Shown here piece after piece: positions 1-12,460 of a stretch of DNA of 60,000 nucleotides. The stretch's first letter is position 1. Every line of letters begins with the position of its first letter. Made by a program: the position numbers and the translations under genes. The notes beneath the pieces were generated by a model, which worked only from the letters and a program-made list of their open reading frames with translations, did no database searches and was not told the DNA's origin. This DNA comes from Lama glama (lineage: Eukaryota), in the NCBI GenBank assembly GCA_028534125.1, contig CM052818.1, forward strand, positions 38,504,001 through 38,564,000, given 5' to 3'.

Positions 1-1139
1 AATGATGTATTAGTGTGGTTTTGAAATGGTAGTAACTTTCAAAAAATAACTAAAATAAAATTACAGAAGGTGAGAGCAGAGGGAATAAAGAACCAGAGAA
101 TCAGATTATTTAGTTAAACTCCTGTAATTTGAGGATGAGGTAAAAAGATCCTTAGAGACCAGGGGAGTTACGCAAGGTCTGAAAGCCCAATTTTTTTTCA
201 TGGCCATGTCTGGGAGAGCCACAGCCTTCAGAAGCTTTGGAACAACTTATTCGATTAGTGGAGAACTAGATGCATTTTGTCCTCTAATATTAATCTTTTA
301 AGAAACTAAAATTTTGGAAAATATTTTTCTACATGACAAATCACAAAATCATGAGTTTCAATTCTGAATTCTTCAACATAAGGATACTCTTTATCACACC
401 TCACTGTGATGGTTTACTTTCCACCTGACTGGAGACCAGGGACCTGGGCAGCCCATCCACTTCTACACTGTTCAGGAGGTTCTAAGGCAACTCAATGTTC
501 AGCCCAACCATGGATATTTTAATTGTATTGCAAACTTTATAATGATACTTACAATGATATTTTTACAAATTATAAAGAATTCTGTTTTTCATAAATGTTA
601 AAGGTAGATGAAGGAGCTGATCTGATCTGAAAAATAATTTGAGAGTTTTCAGGATTTCTAAGACCCTCCATTGAAAGCATAAAGATACCAAATAAGAAGC
701 TGAAATTCATTTTACGAAATGAAAAGTTACTGTTTCTACCTCAGATGAAAAGATAAATCTCACCTAATAAAGAAAATATCATGGACATCCTTCGTGTCAC
801 GAAAAAAAGTCTACTGGCCATTCAGTTGGCATCCAAGGAAACTTACTGAAAAACCCCTCAAAGGTTTAGCTCTTTCATTACAGCACTTTATCTCCTTTAT
901 CCACCTCCTGTGACCCCAGCAGTTGCTGCATCTCTTCTAGGGCGATAATATTTGGTCTTATAGTTTGGCTATACTTGTAGGTCTTACTTCCTCTACAAGA
1001 GTATAAACTAGCAGGAGAACTTTTTATTCATCTTGGGAAAATGTCTGAAGTCGACATGGTGTGTGCATATCAGAAGATCACAGACATTTGGGAGAAGAAA
1101 GGGAACTGAATGTGAAAGTGTATAATGACAGACCAATGA

Positions 1140-1388
1140 CAGTCATACTTATGAACTGTTTACCATGCACAAGAACTATGCCCAGTACCTTATCTGTATT
1201 AACTCATTTAATAATCATAAAACCTCATCAAGTAGGAACAGTCTATTTTGATCCCCTTTTTACAGATAAGGAAACAGAGGCACAAGAGATAAAATAGCAT
1301 GCCCCCAGTCACATAACACGTAAGTGACAGAACTGTAGTGTAAGCCCAGACCTCTGGCTCCGGAGTGTGTGCTCTTAACCACTCTGCT
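1140..1388 (-). mobile_element. MIR SINE, near full length
   Basis: Reverse MIR core ttttacagataaggaaacagaggc ... gctcttaaccact. Confidence 0.85.
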
Positions 1389-1865
1389 AATGCACTTCCT
1401 AAAAGCAAGAGACACATGAGCGAAGGAAGCATCGGTACCCAGCTCTGAAAAACGTGGTAGGTCTCTGGGTCTTCCGGGATCAGCTTGTTCTACAAGAGTA
1501 AGTTGCTCAATAGACCATCCAACCTGTGGACGCCCACCTGCCTTATTGTTGGTCTATATTGTTACCTAAAACAAAGTCTGGCTAGCCAGAGGAATTAATG
1601 GAACTCAAGAAAATCTTTAGAAAGGGAAGTTAACAAATATTTCAGTATATCACCACGAGCCTGTACACATCGATTTCATGCATGATATAAACACCCAGTT
1701 TTCTTAACTAGACTCATATCGTCTTTCTTTCACCACCTAATACAGGACTAAGAATGCTGAAAGTCATCAATAAGTCCTCTTTTGCTGTTAGTTGATTTAT
1801 TGACTGATGAATAGGAGGAAGCCTTATTCTGTTTGTTTTTGAGGCCCAGCTTTGTTTATAGTCGG

Positions 1866-2137
1866 TACTTCGACACCCTACTCTCAGCAATTCATAGAAC
1901 AAATGAACAAAATCAGCAACAATATAAAAGAACTCAGCAACACCATCAACCAACAGGATCTGATTGACGTTTATAGAAAACTACACCCAACTCAGTAGTA
2001 TATACGTTTTTTCAAATGATCATTGAAGCATTCACCAAAATAGGCCATACTCTGGGTCATAAACAAACTTTTATGTGACTTTAAAATAATTGAAATCATG
2101 CAGGCTAAATTCTCTGACCATAATGAAATCAGATTAC
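1866..2137 (+). mobile_element. Old L1 ORF2 endonuclease-region fragment
   Basis: aacaccatcaaccaacaggatctgattgac ... ttctctgaccataatgaaat; degenerate. Confidence 0.8.
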
Positions 2138-2977
2138 TGTTGGGTTCAGTCAGACTACTCAGCTAAACAATACTATGTTATTTTTGCCTTTTTTTTTTTT
2201 TTGGTCGTTTTAACCAAATATGCTGTTACTCTGCCTTTCTTCATAGCCTGGTTGGTGTTAATGATGTCACTTTAAAAAAATCTCATAATCCCAGCAATTC
2301 TTTGAGAAGCCTGGTATCTCATGTAAAAGTCTTTTCTAATTTGTGGATTTCTGCACCTATTCTTTTCTTGCAAGAGACACTTATTTCTCTGTTTCCACCC
2401 AGAACATTCACAGTATCAAAGCATCAATCTGCCCTTCCTATTTAGGCCAAGGCTGCATAGTTTCCTGAGCTAAGGGGATTGCTGGCCCACAGTTACAAGG
2501 GAGTTCAGAGTTCTCTGGGAGTCTGCCTTTGATCCCTAAGAGACAAGTTTATTCTGCTAGGAGAAAAATAGCCCCTGGAGAGCAAAAGTCAACAAGCTTT
2601 ATCATTCTTCTGGGTTATTTTGCATTGTTGATAGGCTGTCAGTGTCCCAGGCCAGTTGTTTTCTGGATTTTGCCCTACCCTTGGAATTACCACAGGATTT
2701 CATGGCTGCCCAGAGATACGCCTCAGAGGCAGTTCTCCAACAACATCCTTCCACTGCAGCAATCGCATGGCCAAAGCCCTTCTCAGGATGCTGAGGAAGG
2801 CACTGACTCAGTGAGGCAGTTCCAAGACCATCTGGACCATAGTCCCTAGTCAGCTACTTGGTTAACAGGGTCTTCTCGAAGTTTCTCAGAGTCCGTCTCA
2901 GGAAACACAGGAGGTCGGATCTGTATCACAGCCCACTGTAAGGAGATCATATACCTTTGTTTATAGAACCCATTCAG

Positions 2978-3753
2978 ACTATAATGTGGACTCAAGAGTA
3001 TCCCCCTAAACTCATATGTTGCTATGAACTGAATTGTGTTCCCCTCAAAGTCATATGTTGAAGCCCTAATCCCCAGTGTGATAGTATTCGGAGAGAGGGC
3101 TTTGGGAGTAATTAGGTTTAGACAAGGTCCTAAGGTAGGGCCTTCATGATGGGATTAGTTTCCTTACAAGAAAAGACATCAGATCTCTCTCTTCCCCCCT
3201 CCCACCTTCATCCCTACCCTCTACTCCCACTCCCTGCCCGTGAGGGCACAGGGAGAAGGTAGCCATCTGTACTCCTGGAAGAGGACTCTCGCCAGAACCT
3301 GACCATCCTGGTACCCCGATCTCAGACTTCCAACTCCCAGACTGTGAGAAAATTAATTTCTGTTGCTTAAACCCCCAGCCTATGGTATTTTGGTACGGCC
3401 GTCTGAGCAGACTAAAGCATACTTTGAAGTTCTAACCTCCAGTATCTCTGAATGTGGCTGTGTTTGGAGACAGGGCCTTTAAAGGGGTAATTAAGTCAAA
3501 TGAAACCATTAGGGTGGGCCCTAATCCAATAGGACTGGTGCCCTTATAAGAAGAGGGGATCACAACCCAGACAGGCACAGAGGGAAAACCACGTGAAGAC
3601 GTAGAGAGGAGGAGGTGGCCACCTACAAGCCAAGGAGAAAGGTCTCAAAGGAGGCCAGCGTTGCCAAGACCTCGATCTTGGACTTCTAGCCTTCAGCCTT
3701 GTCTGTTGTTCAAGTCACCCAGTCTGTTTGTTATGGGAGCCTGAACAAATACA
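2978..3753 (+). mobile_element. MLT1 (ERVL-MaLR) LTR interrupted by a second MLT1 LTR (3020-3419)
   Basis: Two sets of MLT1 motifs; inner element bounded by TG...CA; outer element resumes tgaagttctaacc. Confidence 0.82.
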
Positions 3754-5094
3754 CAGAGTGTGTTGGGAGTCACTGTGGCATGTTCACTTATATGCCAGCA
3801 TCCCGGCCCACTAAATAACTCGAAATATAAATTAATTCAAAGATAATGGGATCTTTAAATGGTGGAGGTGATAAAGCAAATGCGAAGGAGAAGGACGAAT
3901 GGGACAGGCAACCTTAATAGAGAAACTGGAGGTTGGGCCTGAGGTTTGGTGACCAGGGCGAGAGAGTGAGTGTACTGAGCGTGAGCACAAGAGTGAGAAG
4001 GAGAGACGTGGAGAGACTTGGGGTGAGAGCGTGGGAGGAGGAGGAGGTCCCACCCAGGAGCCCCTCCTCTCCCTCCTTGGAAGGGCTTCAGGAAGGGGAG
4101 CACTAGCAGGGTGAAAGGAGGGCCTCTGCTCTGCCCTGAAGATGGCAGTGCGCTGACCCGCGGGTTGACCTTGGAAGCTGCTTGAGTTAAACTGACTCCC
4201 TCACCCCTCTACCTCCCTCCTCTCAGGAAGGTTCTAGCTTCTCTGAGCTGTAAGGGTGCAAATGTCTCATCTGCCCTCTAACACGGAGACATGGCTCTGT
4301 TATTAGTGAAGTGAGAATGAAGTAATTATCTGGATAATTCCAGCATCCATCACCATTTTCAACTAAGATGCCCAGGTGAAAAAAAGTGTTAAGAGTCAAG
4401 AGGAGTAGATGGATTTGAATTAATTGCCTCAATTTACCACTTTATATTGGACTTGTCCAAATTTAATTAGCATAAATGGCCTTTAGCTTTGCCTCTGGGT
4501 CAGCCAGTGATACAGAACAGTGTCAGCCAGTGTTCTGCCAGGGGACTCCAGTCCCAGGACCTGGTCTGGAATAAGAGGACAGACACATCATTTCATAACT
4601 AACTCATTCTTGGAGATATTTTCTGGGTGTGATACAGTGCCTCACATTCCCAAGTGTTAATCCACAGGAGTAACCCTGCAAGGCCACTGTGTGCAGGGTA
4701 AGTGTGGAGAAAGAACTGAGGTGTCTGAGCCAGTCTGTTGTTTACCTACTTAGGGGAAATGCATGAAGGCATTTAGAAGGGGGAAGTTGCAATAAACAGT
4801 ATTTACATTTAGAACACATCCAAGGAGCATCAACCACAGGTGTTTCTGCGTGTCTGTGCTTCTTCCCGAAGCACAGTTCACCGGAAACCTGGATGTTACC
4901 GGAGGCGTACCCTGAGAAATGCCGCTAAGCCCCAGCTTCTTCCCTGGCAGGGGATCCCTGCGGTGTTTCCATGCTTGCCTCTCTGAGCATCCTCCCTGGG
5001 GGTCCTCAGCCGAGGCTCAGTACCCCCATGTCATTTCTCTAACAAACGCCATAAAGAGTCCTGGCTTCCCTAATCCTCTCATTAAGAGTCAGGA

Positions 5095-5300
5095 TGGTGG
5101 AGTATGAACCACTTGAGATGTGAAGTCAGAACACCTGCCTTTGAGTTCCAGCTCAGCTAGTTACATGCCAGGTGATCCCAGAAAGTCATTTAACTCCAGG
5201 GAGTTTCAGGTGTCTCATCTGTGATGTCTAATATAGAACTCACAGGGTTATTAAAAAGATTAAAAGAAGTAATGGATACCAAATCCCTTCACAAACCTTA
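5095..5300 (+). mobile_element. MIR SINE
   Basis: aagtcatttaactcc ... ctcatctgt ... cacagggttatt. Confidence 0.65.
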
Positions 5301-6284
5301 AAGCAACATGCAGCTGCAGCTCTTGCTACTGACACTCACTCATTTCCCCAGATAAAGGGCAGCTTGATGGTGTATGCCCATCATCACTGAGATGAACCTG
5401 ATCTTGTTCACTTGCTCCTCTTACCCGCTCATAATCGCCCCTTCTAGGGATCTGTAGTTGCATAAAGAAGACAGAATTCTGTGAGTTATGTAGAATTTAG
5501 CCCCAGCTTCCTTGTTTGTAAGAGTTGAAATATCTGTTTTGCAGGGTCTTTTCTTTTGAATATTAAGTCAGATAATTTATGAAAGTTAACAATCACAATG
5601 ATACACTTTTGGTGCTTGATAAATACTAGTGGTTTTTTTAACGTTTAGAATGACACGACTGCTGTTCTGCGGCTCGCTCCTCGGCACCTGGCAGGACTGC
5701 CATTGGTCTGTGGAGGCCCCGTCTCATTTCGTTGGTCACCTGTTTACTTCTCATCCTGGCTCCGCATCCCCACCCCCAACTCCTGATCTTCTCTTCACCC
5801 CCAAAGCAACCGTTCTAATGTGTTTGATGTCTCCTTATTTTATTTATTTTTTATTTTGTATTTATTACTAGGTTTGTATGTTTCCTTGTAAAAACATGTT
5901 GAGCTGTTCTGGGTACAGAAAAGCCTCACTATCTTTAACCGTTGGATACTTTCTGGAAAAAAAAAAAAAGGAACCATGATGCCCAGAGCATTATGGACTT
6001 TAAAAGGAACTTGGGATTTCAGCTTCAAAAAACATCTTTTTTCCTTCTGAAAAGACAAGGGTTTAGGGCTTGTCCCCACAGTGACTGTGACTCTCAGTCC
6101 CTGGTGACTGGTCACTGCCTGGAAAGCACCAGGGAGGAGCAGCACCTGATAAGGGACTGACCCTGCTCATTGAGCAAGAGGACTGATGTCATCCTCATTG
6201 GGAACAGGTCATGCCCTATTAGCAGGGAGGCAGAAGAGGCTACCCAGAGTAGAACCTAGAAATTTCTAAAAGCAAGGCTTAAAG

Positions 6285-7476
6285 GGACACTTACATAGAC
6301 AAAATTTAACACTACATAGATTATAGACATAAATATAACACCCCAAAGTATAAACCTCCCTGAAGAAAATACAGGAGTAGATTTTCTTGACCTTGTTTTA
6401 GGCAACATTTGCTAGATATGACACCAAAAGAACAAGTAACAAAAGAAAAAACAGGTTAAATAGACTTCATCAAAATTAAGAATGTACTTCAAAAGACACT
6501 GTCAAGAAAGTGAAAAGACAGCCCCCAGAATGAGAGAAAACATTTGCAAATCCATATCTAATAAAAGGCTTGTATCTAGAAGATATAAAGAACTCTTACA
6601 GCTTAATAATAAAAAGTCAAGACAACTCACTTAAAAAGTTCAAAATTGAAAGGATTTGAATAGACATTTATCCAAAGATACACAGATTGCCAATAAGAAC
6701 ACAAAAAGGTGCTCAATATCACAGCCATCATGGAAATGTCACTCAAAACCACAGTGAGATATCACTTCACACCCACTAGGATGGCTATAATCAAAAAGAG
6801 AGAAAATAACAAGTGTTGGCAAGGATGCAGAGAGATTGGAACCTTCACACACTGCTGATGGGAATATAAAATGGTGCAGGCACTTTGGAAAAGTCTGGCT
6901 GTTCCTCAAATGATTAAACACAGAATTACCATATGACCCAGCAGTTTCACTCTTAGATCTGTCTGCTCAGGAGGAATGAAAGCATATGTCCACACAAAAA
7001 CTGGTACATGAATGTCATAGCAGCATTATTCATAATAGCCACTAAGTGGAAAAAACACAAATGTCCATCAGTTGATGAATAAACTGTGGTAAATCCAAAC
7101 AATGGAATATTATTTGGCAATTAAAAAGAATAACATGCTACAAGATGGATGACCCTTGAAACTGTTATGCTAAGTTAAAAAAAAAACTGTCACAGAAGGC
7201 CACAGATCATGTGATCTCATTTATATGAAATGTCCAAAATAGACCTATGGAGACAGAAAATAGATTTGTGGCTTCTGAGGGCTGAGAGAATGGGAAATTT
7301 ACAGGGTGCTGGCTAATTAGCACAGGATTTCTTTTTGAGGTGTTAAAATTTTTCAAAAAATCAATTGTGGTAATAATGGTTGTATAATTCTATGAATATG
7401 CTAAAAAATTGAATTTTACACTTGAAATGGGTGTATTTTATGGTATGAATTTTATCTCAATAAGGCTGTTAAAAAA
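6285..7476 (+). mobile_element. L1M (L1MB-like) ORF2 end and 3'UTR, 5'-truncated
   Basis: gacttcatcaaaattaag, agaattaccatatgacccagca, tatctcaataaggctgttaaaaaa. Confidence 0.9.
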
Positions 7477-7907
7477 GAGGTCCTTTTCCAAGAGGGATCT
7501 CAAAACAGCTGAAGGTGGGCATTATTTTTTAAAATAACTATTAAAAGCTAAGTGCCACTATTAAAAAGAAGAAAGACAGAGAACCCCAGACAGTAAGCAG
7601 CACATGTTTCTGCCCACTTTCTGCTTTGAACTCTCCAAGACACCGAAGCAGACTGGGTTCTGGGGAAGGTCTGACTCCTCCCCCGAGGCTGATGGAGAGC
7701 AAAGGATGTACAGATGAAAGTAACATCAGGCCGTCTGGTAATTATTTGCCCTTGACTTCAAAATCTAGGTAAAGACAGTGTCGGAGAAACTTCCATCACC
7801 AAGCTGGCCCCTTTCTCAGCTTTCCTTGTAATGGGTGGTCTGACCTGGACAGAGGACAGAAATAGAGGACACGCGACATGTGACCACAAAGCGTTGCTGT
7901 CCATACA

Positions 7908-8015
7908 CAGGATCCATCTGGTCATCTGCAGATAAACAGGCTGGGAGTTTGCCTTGTAGGGACTTTTCACTGCTGTGCTGACTGCAGCATTATGTAATGT
8001 CACAGAATTCCACAT
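7908..8015 (+). repeat. Upstream direct duplication, copy A (partner 10888-10990)
   Basis: Colinear blocks of 29/32 and 24/29 identity. Confidence 0.8.
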
Positions 8016-10436
8016 TTAGGCAGCCTGCTGATCAAGTATTCCCAGGTTGACGGGATACCCATCCTGGGAGATGAGTTAGATGTAGTGACTTTAATGGCAT
8101 GAATCTCTCTGTGATTCTGTATAATTAGTTACATAACAATATTCTGAATACAAACCCACAAAAATATCAATTAAGGTTTTCACTTTTAATGAGCAGTAGA
8201 TTACAAGCAAATACACTGATATCAAAGATTCATTTCCATAAAGCAATTTCCGAGCAATTTTATGTAGTCAACATAGATTTAGTGCAATTAGAGTAGAATG
8301 AATATTCTAGATTATCAACTAGGAGGCCCAGGTTCTTGCCCTGTCTCTGCCCTTGTTTGCAAAAAACAAGAACAAAAAACCGCCTCTGGCTGTGTAGGCC
8401 TCAGCTCCTCCATAAAGTGAGACTGTTATCCAGGGTCAGCCTCTGAAATCCTGCGTACGTCTGACATTCTGTGAATCCCTGTGCCTCCATTTCCTTTCGC
8501 AGCTCTGGACGAGGAGAATCCAGCCCAATAACCATAGCCTTCTTTCCTACCTACAGTTATCATGCCATAGGTACTGTATTTAATGCCAAATATATAATGT
8601 GCAGTTTGTAAGGTAACTCGCAGTTCAATCAAAGACTGACTTAGCTGGCAAGCTCTCTCTCTGTCCCAGGCTCAGCAAACCGTGCTCCCTCCTTTTCCCC
8701 ACTTTCCCCAGCCCTCTCCGTGGACTCGGCTGGCTGGCGGGGTTACAGACTGTCAGCGCATAACACACGGTCTCAGCTTCCTGCCATTGCTCTTCCAGTG
8801 CTGCCACCCAGTCCAGCTACTCAAATCCGGCCCATCATCCAAGGTCTGCTCAAGTCCCACCTCCTGCAGGACCTCGGAGACCCACTCTGGACCACTGCAG
8901 CCTGGCTGTGTAGACCCCACACTGGGCACTTACCTTTTTATTTTTTTTTTAATTAACTGTGATGTGTCTTTAGGCCCTTCTCATCTATCAAGCTCTCAGA
9001 AGAGAGTGCTCAGGGGCTCCCTCAGTACCTGAGAGAATCAGCAGTCACATGGGGAGAGTGAGGCTCGCTTAGCCAGCCGGCATCTCTCCAGCAGCAGCAC
9101 TGGTCAGCCCTCTGATGGCAGTGCATTCTGAGCCTTAGTTGTGTAAGAACACAAAGCAGACTTCTTTTAAAAATCAGTAAAGAGCAGCCGACCAAAGCCA
9201 GGAAAAAAGCTTTTCAAAGGAAAAGCTAAGGTACCTCTAAGGAAGCTTATGGGTCAAGGCAAGGATGAAGCCTAAAGCTATACATGAGGAGGAACTTCCT
9301 GAGAGTCCCCAGTACCCTCAGGAGGGCTTGACCTCCCCTTATTTGGAAATCTGTTTACAGTGGGTGAAGGCTTATATTTCTTGGCGCAGTATGAGGGCAG
9401 GTCTTTGTAGAGATAGATGCCGTCCCGGAAAATCCATCCTGCCCAGTGCCTCCAAATCCTCAGCCACAGCTCCTCACCACAGTGAAGTCTGAACCCAGGA
9501 TAGCTTATGTGTTGTTTTCTTTCAATTCCAAAGCCTTCACAGAATCAAAGTAGTCAGATTTTTGCACTGGTTTTTAAAGGTCACCTTGTCCTCTCCACTC
9601 ATCACACAGACGGGGGACTGACCCTCGGAGAGTCTGAGACTGTCCCGTGATCATGGCCTCCTGGACTCTGCCTCTCGCTCCTACTGATTCAAATTCACCA
9701 CACATTCTAAATTAAGATAGAAACATGCAGCGGCACCCAAAAGTAAAACTGAGTTGCAGGCGTGAAAAAAGACCCTGTGTCACCAGGACCATCTCACATT
9801 ATAATCCCAGTAGTTACTCCTTAGCTACTGTCCGCCTGGCCCAGTGCGGTGCTGGTGAGAGAGAGGGAGAGGAATCCAAAGGTGAAAACTACACACCATT
9901 CTTGTCCTCCAAGCTTGTGTCTCCAGTTAGCAAGATAATATGTAAACACGTGAAAAATTAAATAGTATTAGTGGAAACAGAAGTTCAGGGCAACAGTAGA
10001 AGGTCTGTAATGAAGGTCCTTTAGGATCAGTTGCCCTATGAAGAAACTGACTGATAAGAGAGCAGGGTCAGAAGCCATGAGTCTAACTGGACTGGAGCCA
10101 GAGAAAGGCCCCTCCAAGTAGGTGGGGCTGGAGCAGGCCCTGGAAGGGCAGATGGGTGAGAGCGCGTAGTCAGGGAAGTGATAGCCGCAGAGCCTGACTG
10201 CACGTTGGACGGTGCTGACTTCTGACTTCTCTCCCCTGGTAAGAACTGCTGCTCAACGTTCTGACCTTATCTCTTGCATAGCAGAATAACAGGGTAGGAA
10301 AGGTTCCTTTTGCTTCCTCACCGGAGGTTAATCATCCATCAGTAGTGGCTTCATTTGGTTGACCCTGGCCCATCCCACCATCTTCCACTTGTGCCATTCA
10401 CCTAAATGGACAATTTTTTTTCCTTGACACTTATTT

Positions 10437-10477
10437 TGCGTGTGTGTGTGTGTGCGCGCGCGCATGTGCATGTGCAC
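10437..10477. repeat. (TG)n(CG)n alternating purine-pyrimidine tract
   Basis: 41 bp of uninterrupted alternation. Confidence 0.9.
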
Positions 10478-10887
10478 TTTGTCATTGGCATGCACAGACC
10501 ACACTGGGCATGGCTCCCATCTACAATTCTTAAAGTTTACTTTCCAGCTTCTGGGCATTATTTGCAATTACAATGCTGTCACAGGCAGAAAAGACATAGG
10601 CTAATTAATCGTTGTCAATACTGGTTCCTATTTGCCAGATGAGGTTTTTGAACAGTAAAGCTGGAAATAATTTGTATCAGATTGTATTTCCTTGTTTTAT
10701 GTCACCAAAAAGATTTATTTAGCATCCTGGTCACTGTACATAAATATCCTGGGAACAATGGGGTATGACTGAGTGGCATTGATTCATTCATTTGTATTCA
10801 GCAAGTGTATACTGAACACCTGTTTCAGTATATGAACTACATTGAACTCAGAATATTGGGCTGTTTTCATAGTTCCCCGAACTTGTT

Positions 10888-10990
10888 CAGGACCCTTCTG
10901 GTCACCTGCAGATAAACAGAATGCATAGTTTCACATCTAGAGACTGTAACTGGGATATTCAGCATTATCTAATTTCTCGGTATTCCACTA
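10888..10990 (+). repeat. Upstream direct duplication, copy B (partner 7908-8015)
   Basis: caggacccttctggtcacctgcagataaacag ... cagcattatctaatttctcggtattccac. Confidence 0.8.
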
Positions 10991-11409
10991 ATCAGGTGGC
11001 TTTCTAATGGGTACCAAGAGATCTGTGATTACTCAGACTGATGGTTTACCAGACAGGACTTTGCTTTCACAAGCTGATAAGTCATAGCCACTAGCTGAGA
11101 TTAATCTTTGTGACATCAGAATGTGTCTCTGTTAAAGTCGCTAGTCTACTTGCTGAAGGAAGACCTCCATCCACCTCTGAAAGGACAGAATTTCAAATAC
11201 CCAGGAAAGTTAGGAATTGTCAGAGACAAATGCATGCCTCGTCTCACTATGCCTAGACCTCAGCGATGCCCTGTTTCATTTCTGACCTCTTTCTTTAGCC
11301 TTATTTCTTATTTTTGTTCTATTAATCTCTCTTTCTATAGCCGTTGTGATTAGCTCGCTTAATAGGTCCCCTACAATATGCTTCCACTCTAACGCACACA
11401 CATAATAAA

Positions 11410-11660
11410 TGGTCATTTACCACTTACTGAGTGGCTTTCTTTTTTATGAGGCATCATGCTATCAATGCAGTTGTTTACATAATTGTTTCACTTTAATTCT
11501 ACAAAAATTCCTATGAGGAAGGTTGGTATTTTTAATCCTGTTTCAGGGATGGGTAAACAGATTTTGGAAAGCGTTACAACCAAGGTTACAAACCCCACGA
11601 GAAACCCAGCTAGGACTCAATCCCAGGTCTTCCTGAGTCTGACATTCCCACTGGTTTTCT
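11410..11660 (-). mobile_element. MIR SINE
   Basis: cctatgaggaagg ... ggactcaatcccaggtct. Confidence 0.65.
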
Positions 11661-12249
11661 TTACTGCAGCTGACCTCTCTGGCCCTGGGTTTTCTCTATT
11701 CAGTGAATCCTTACACTAGAAGATTTCCAGACTCCTGACACCTTTCAGTGTCTCAATGAAGACAGGTCTCTATCCTTCGAAACTTTGAGTGTGTTTGGGA
11801 GAGAGAACTGAAAAATCTTCTACTTAAAGGAAAAGGGATGAAGGGTGATATCTGTGGTCACAAATCATACCATATTTTCAAATAGCTTGTGACAAAAGAT
11901 CTAAGTGGATTTAGTAATTTAAGAAAAGAGTCTACACATTAACCCTTACGGTATTTCTGTAAGTGTACTCAGGGCAGCTGAACAATCCAGCATTTGCTCT
12001 GTGGTGCTTGTGAGCTTGTCCTTGTCAGAGGATGAGCACTGCTGGCTGACACCAGCACCGGGGTGACTCTCTAGAGGAAAGCAGGGAAAGAAAGAGAAGC
12101 TGACTCCGATGCTTCTAAGTTCTTGCGCTTTCTCCTTTAGAGATGGTGGCAGCTCAGGGGCATCTGAACAACCCCCAGGTTTTCCCTGCACCAAGTAAGC
12201 AGATTCATTTTTGATTCTCAAGTCATAAAAATGATGTTCTCTATTTTTC

Positions 12250-12460
12250 TACAACATAATGATTCAGTATTTGTATATATTATGGAATGATCACCACAGT
12301 AAGTTAACATCCAACACCATACATAGTTACCAAGAAGAGATTTTTTTTTTCTTGTGATAAAGACTTTTAAGATTTACTCCCTTAGCAACTTGCAGATATG
12401 CAGTACAGCACCATTGACTGTTGTCACCATGCTGTACATTACACCCCATGACTTATTTAA
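12250..12460 (-). mobile_element. L1MA-type 3'UTR fragment
   Basis: gacttttaagatttactcccttagcaact ... gtcaccatgctgtacattac. Confidence 0.8.
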
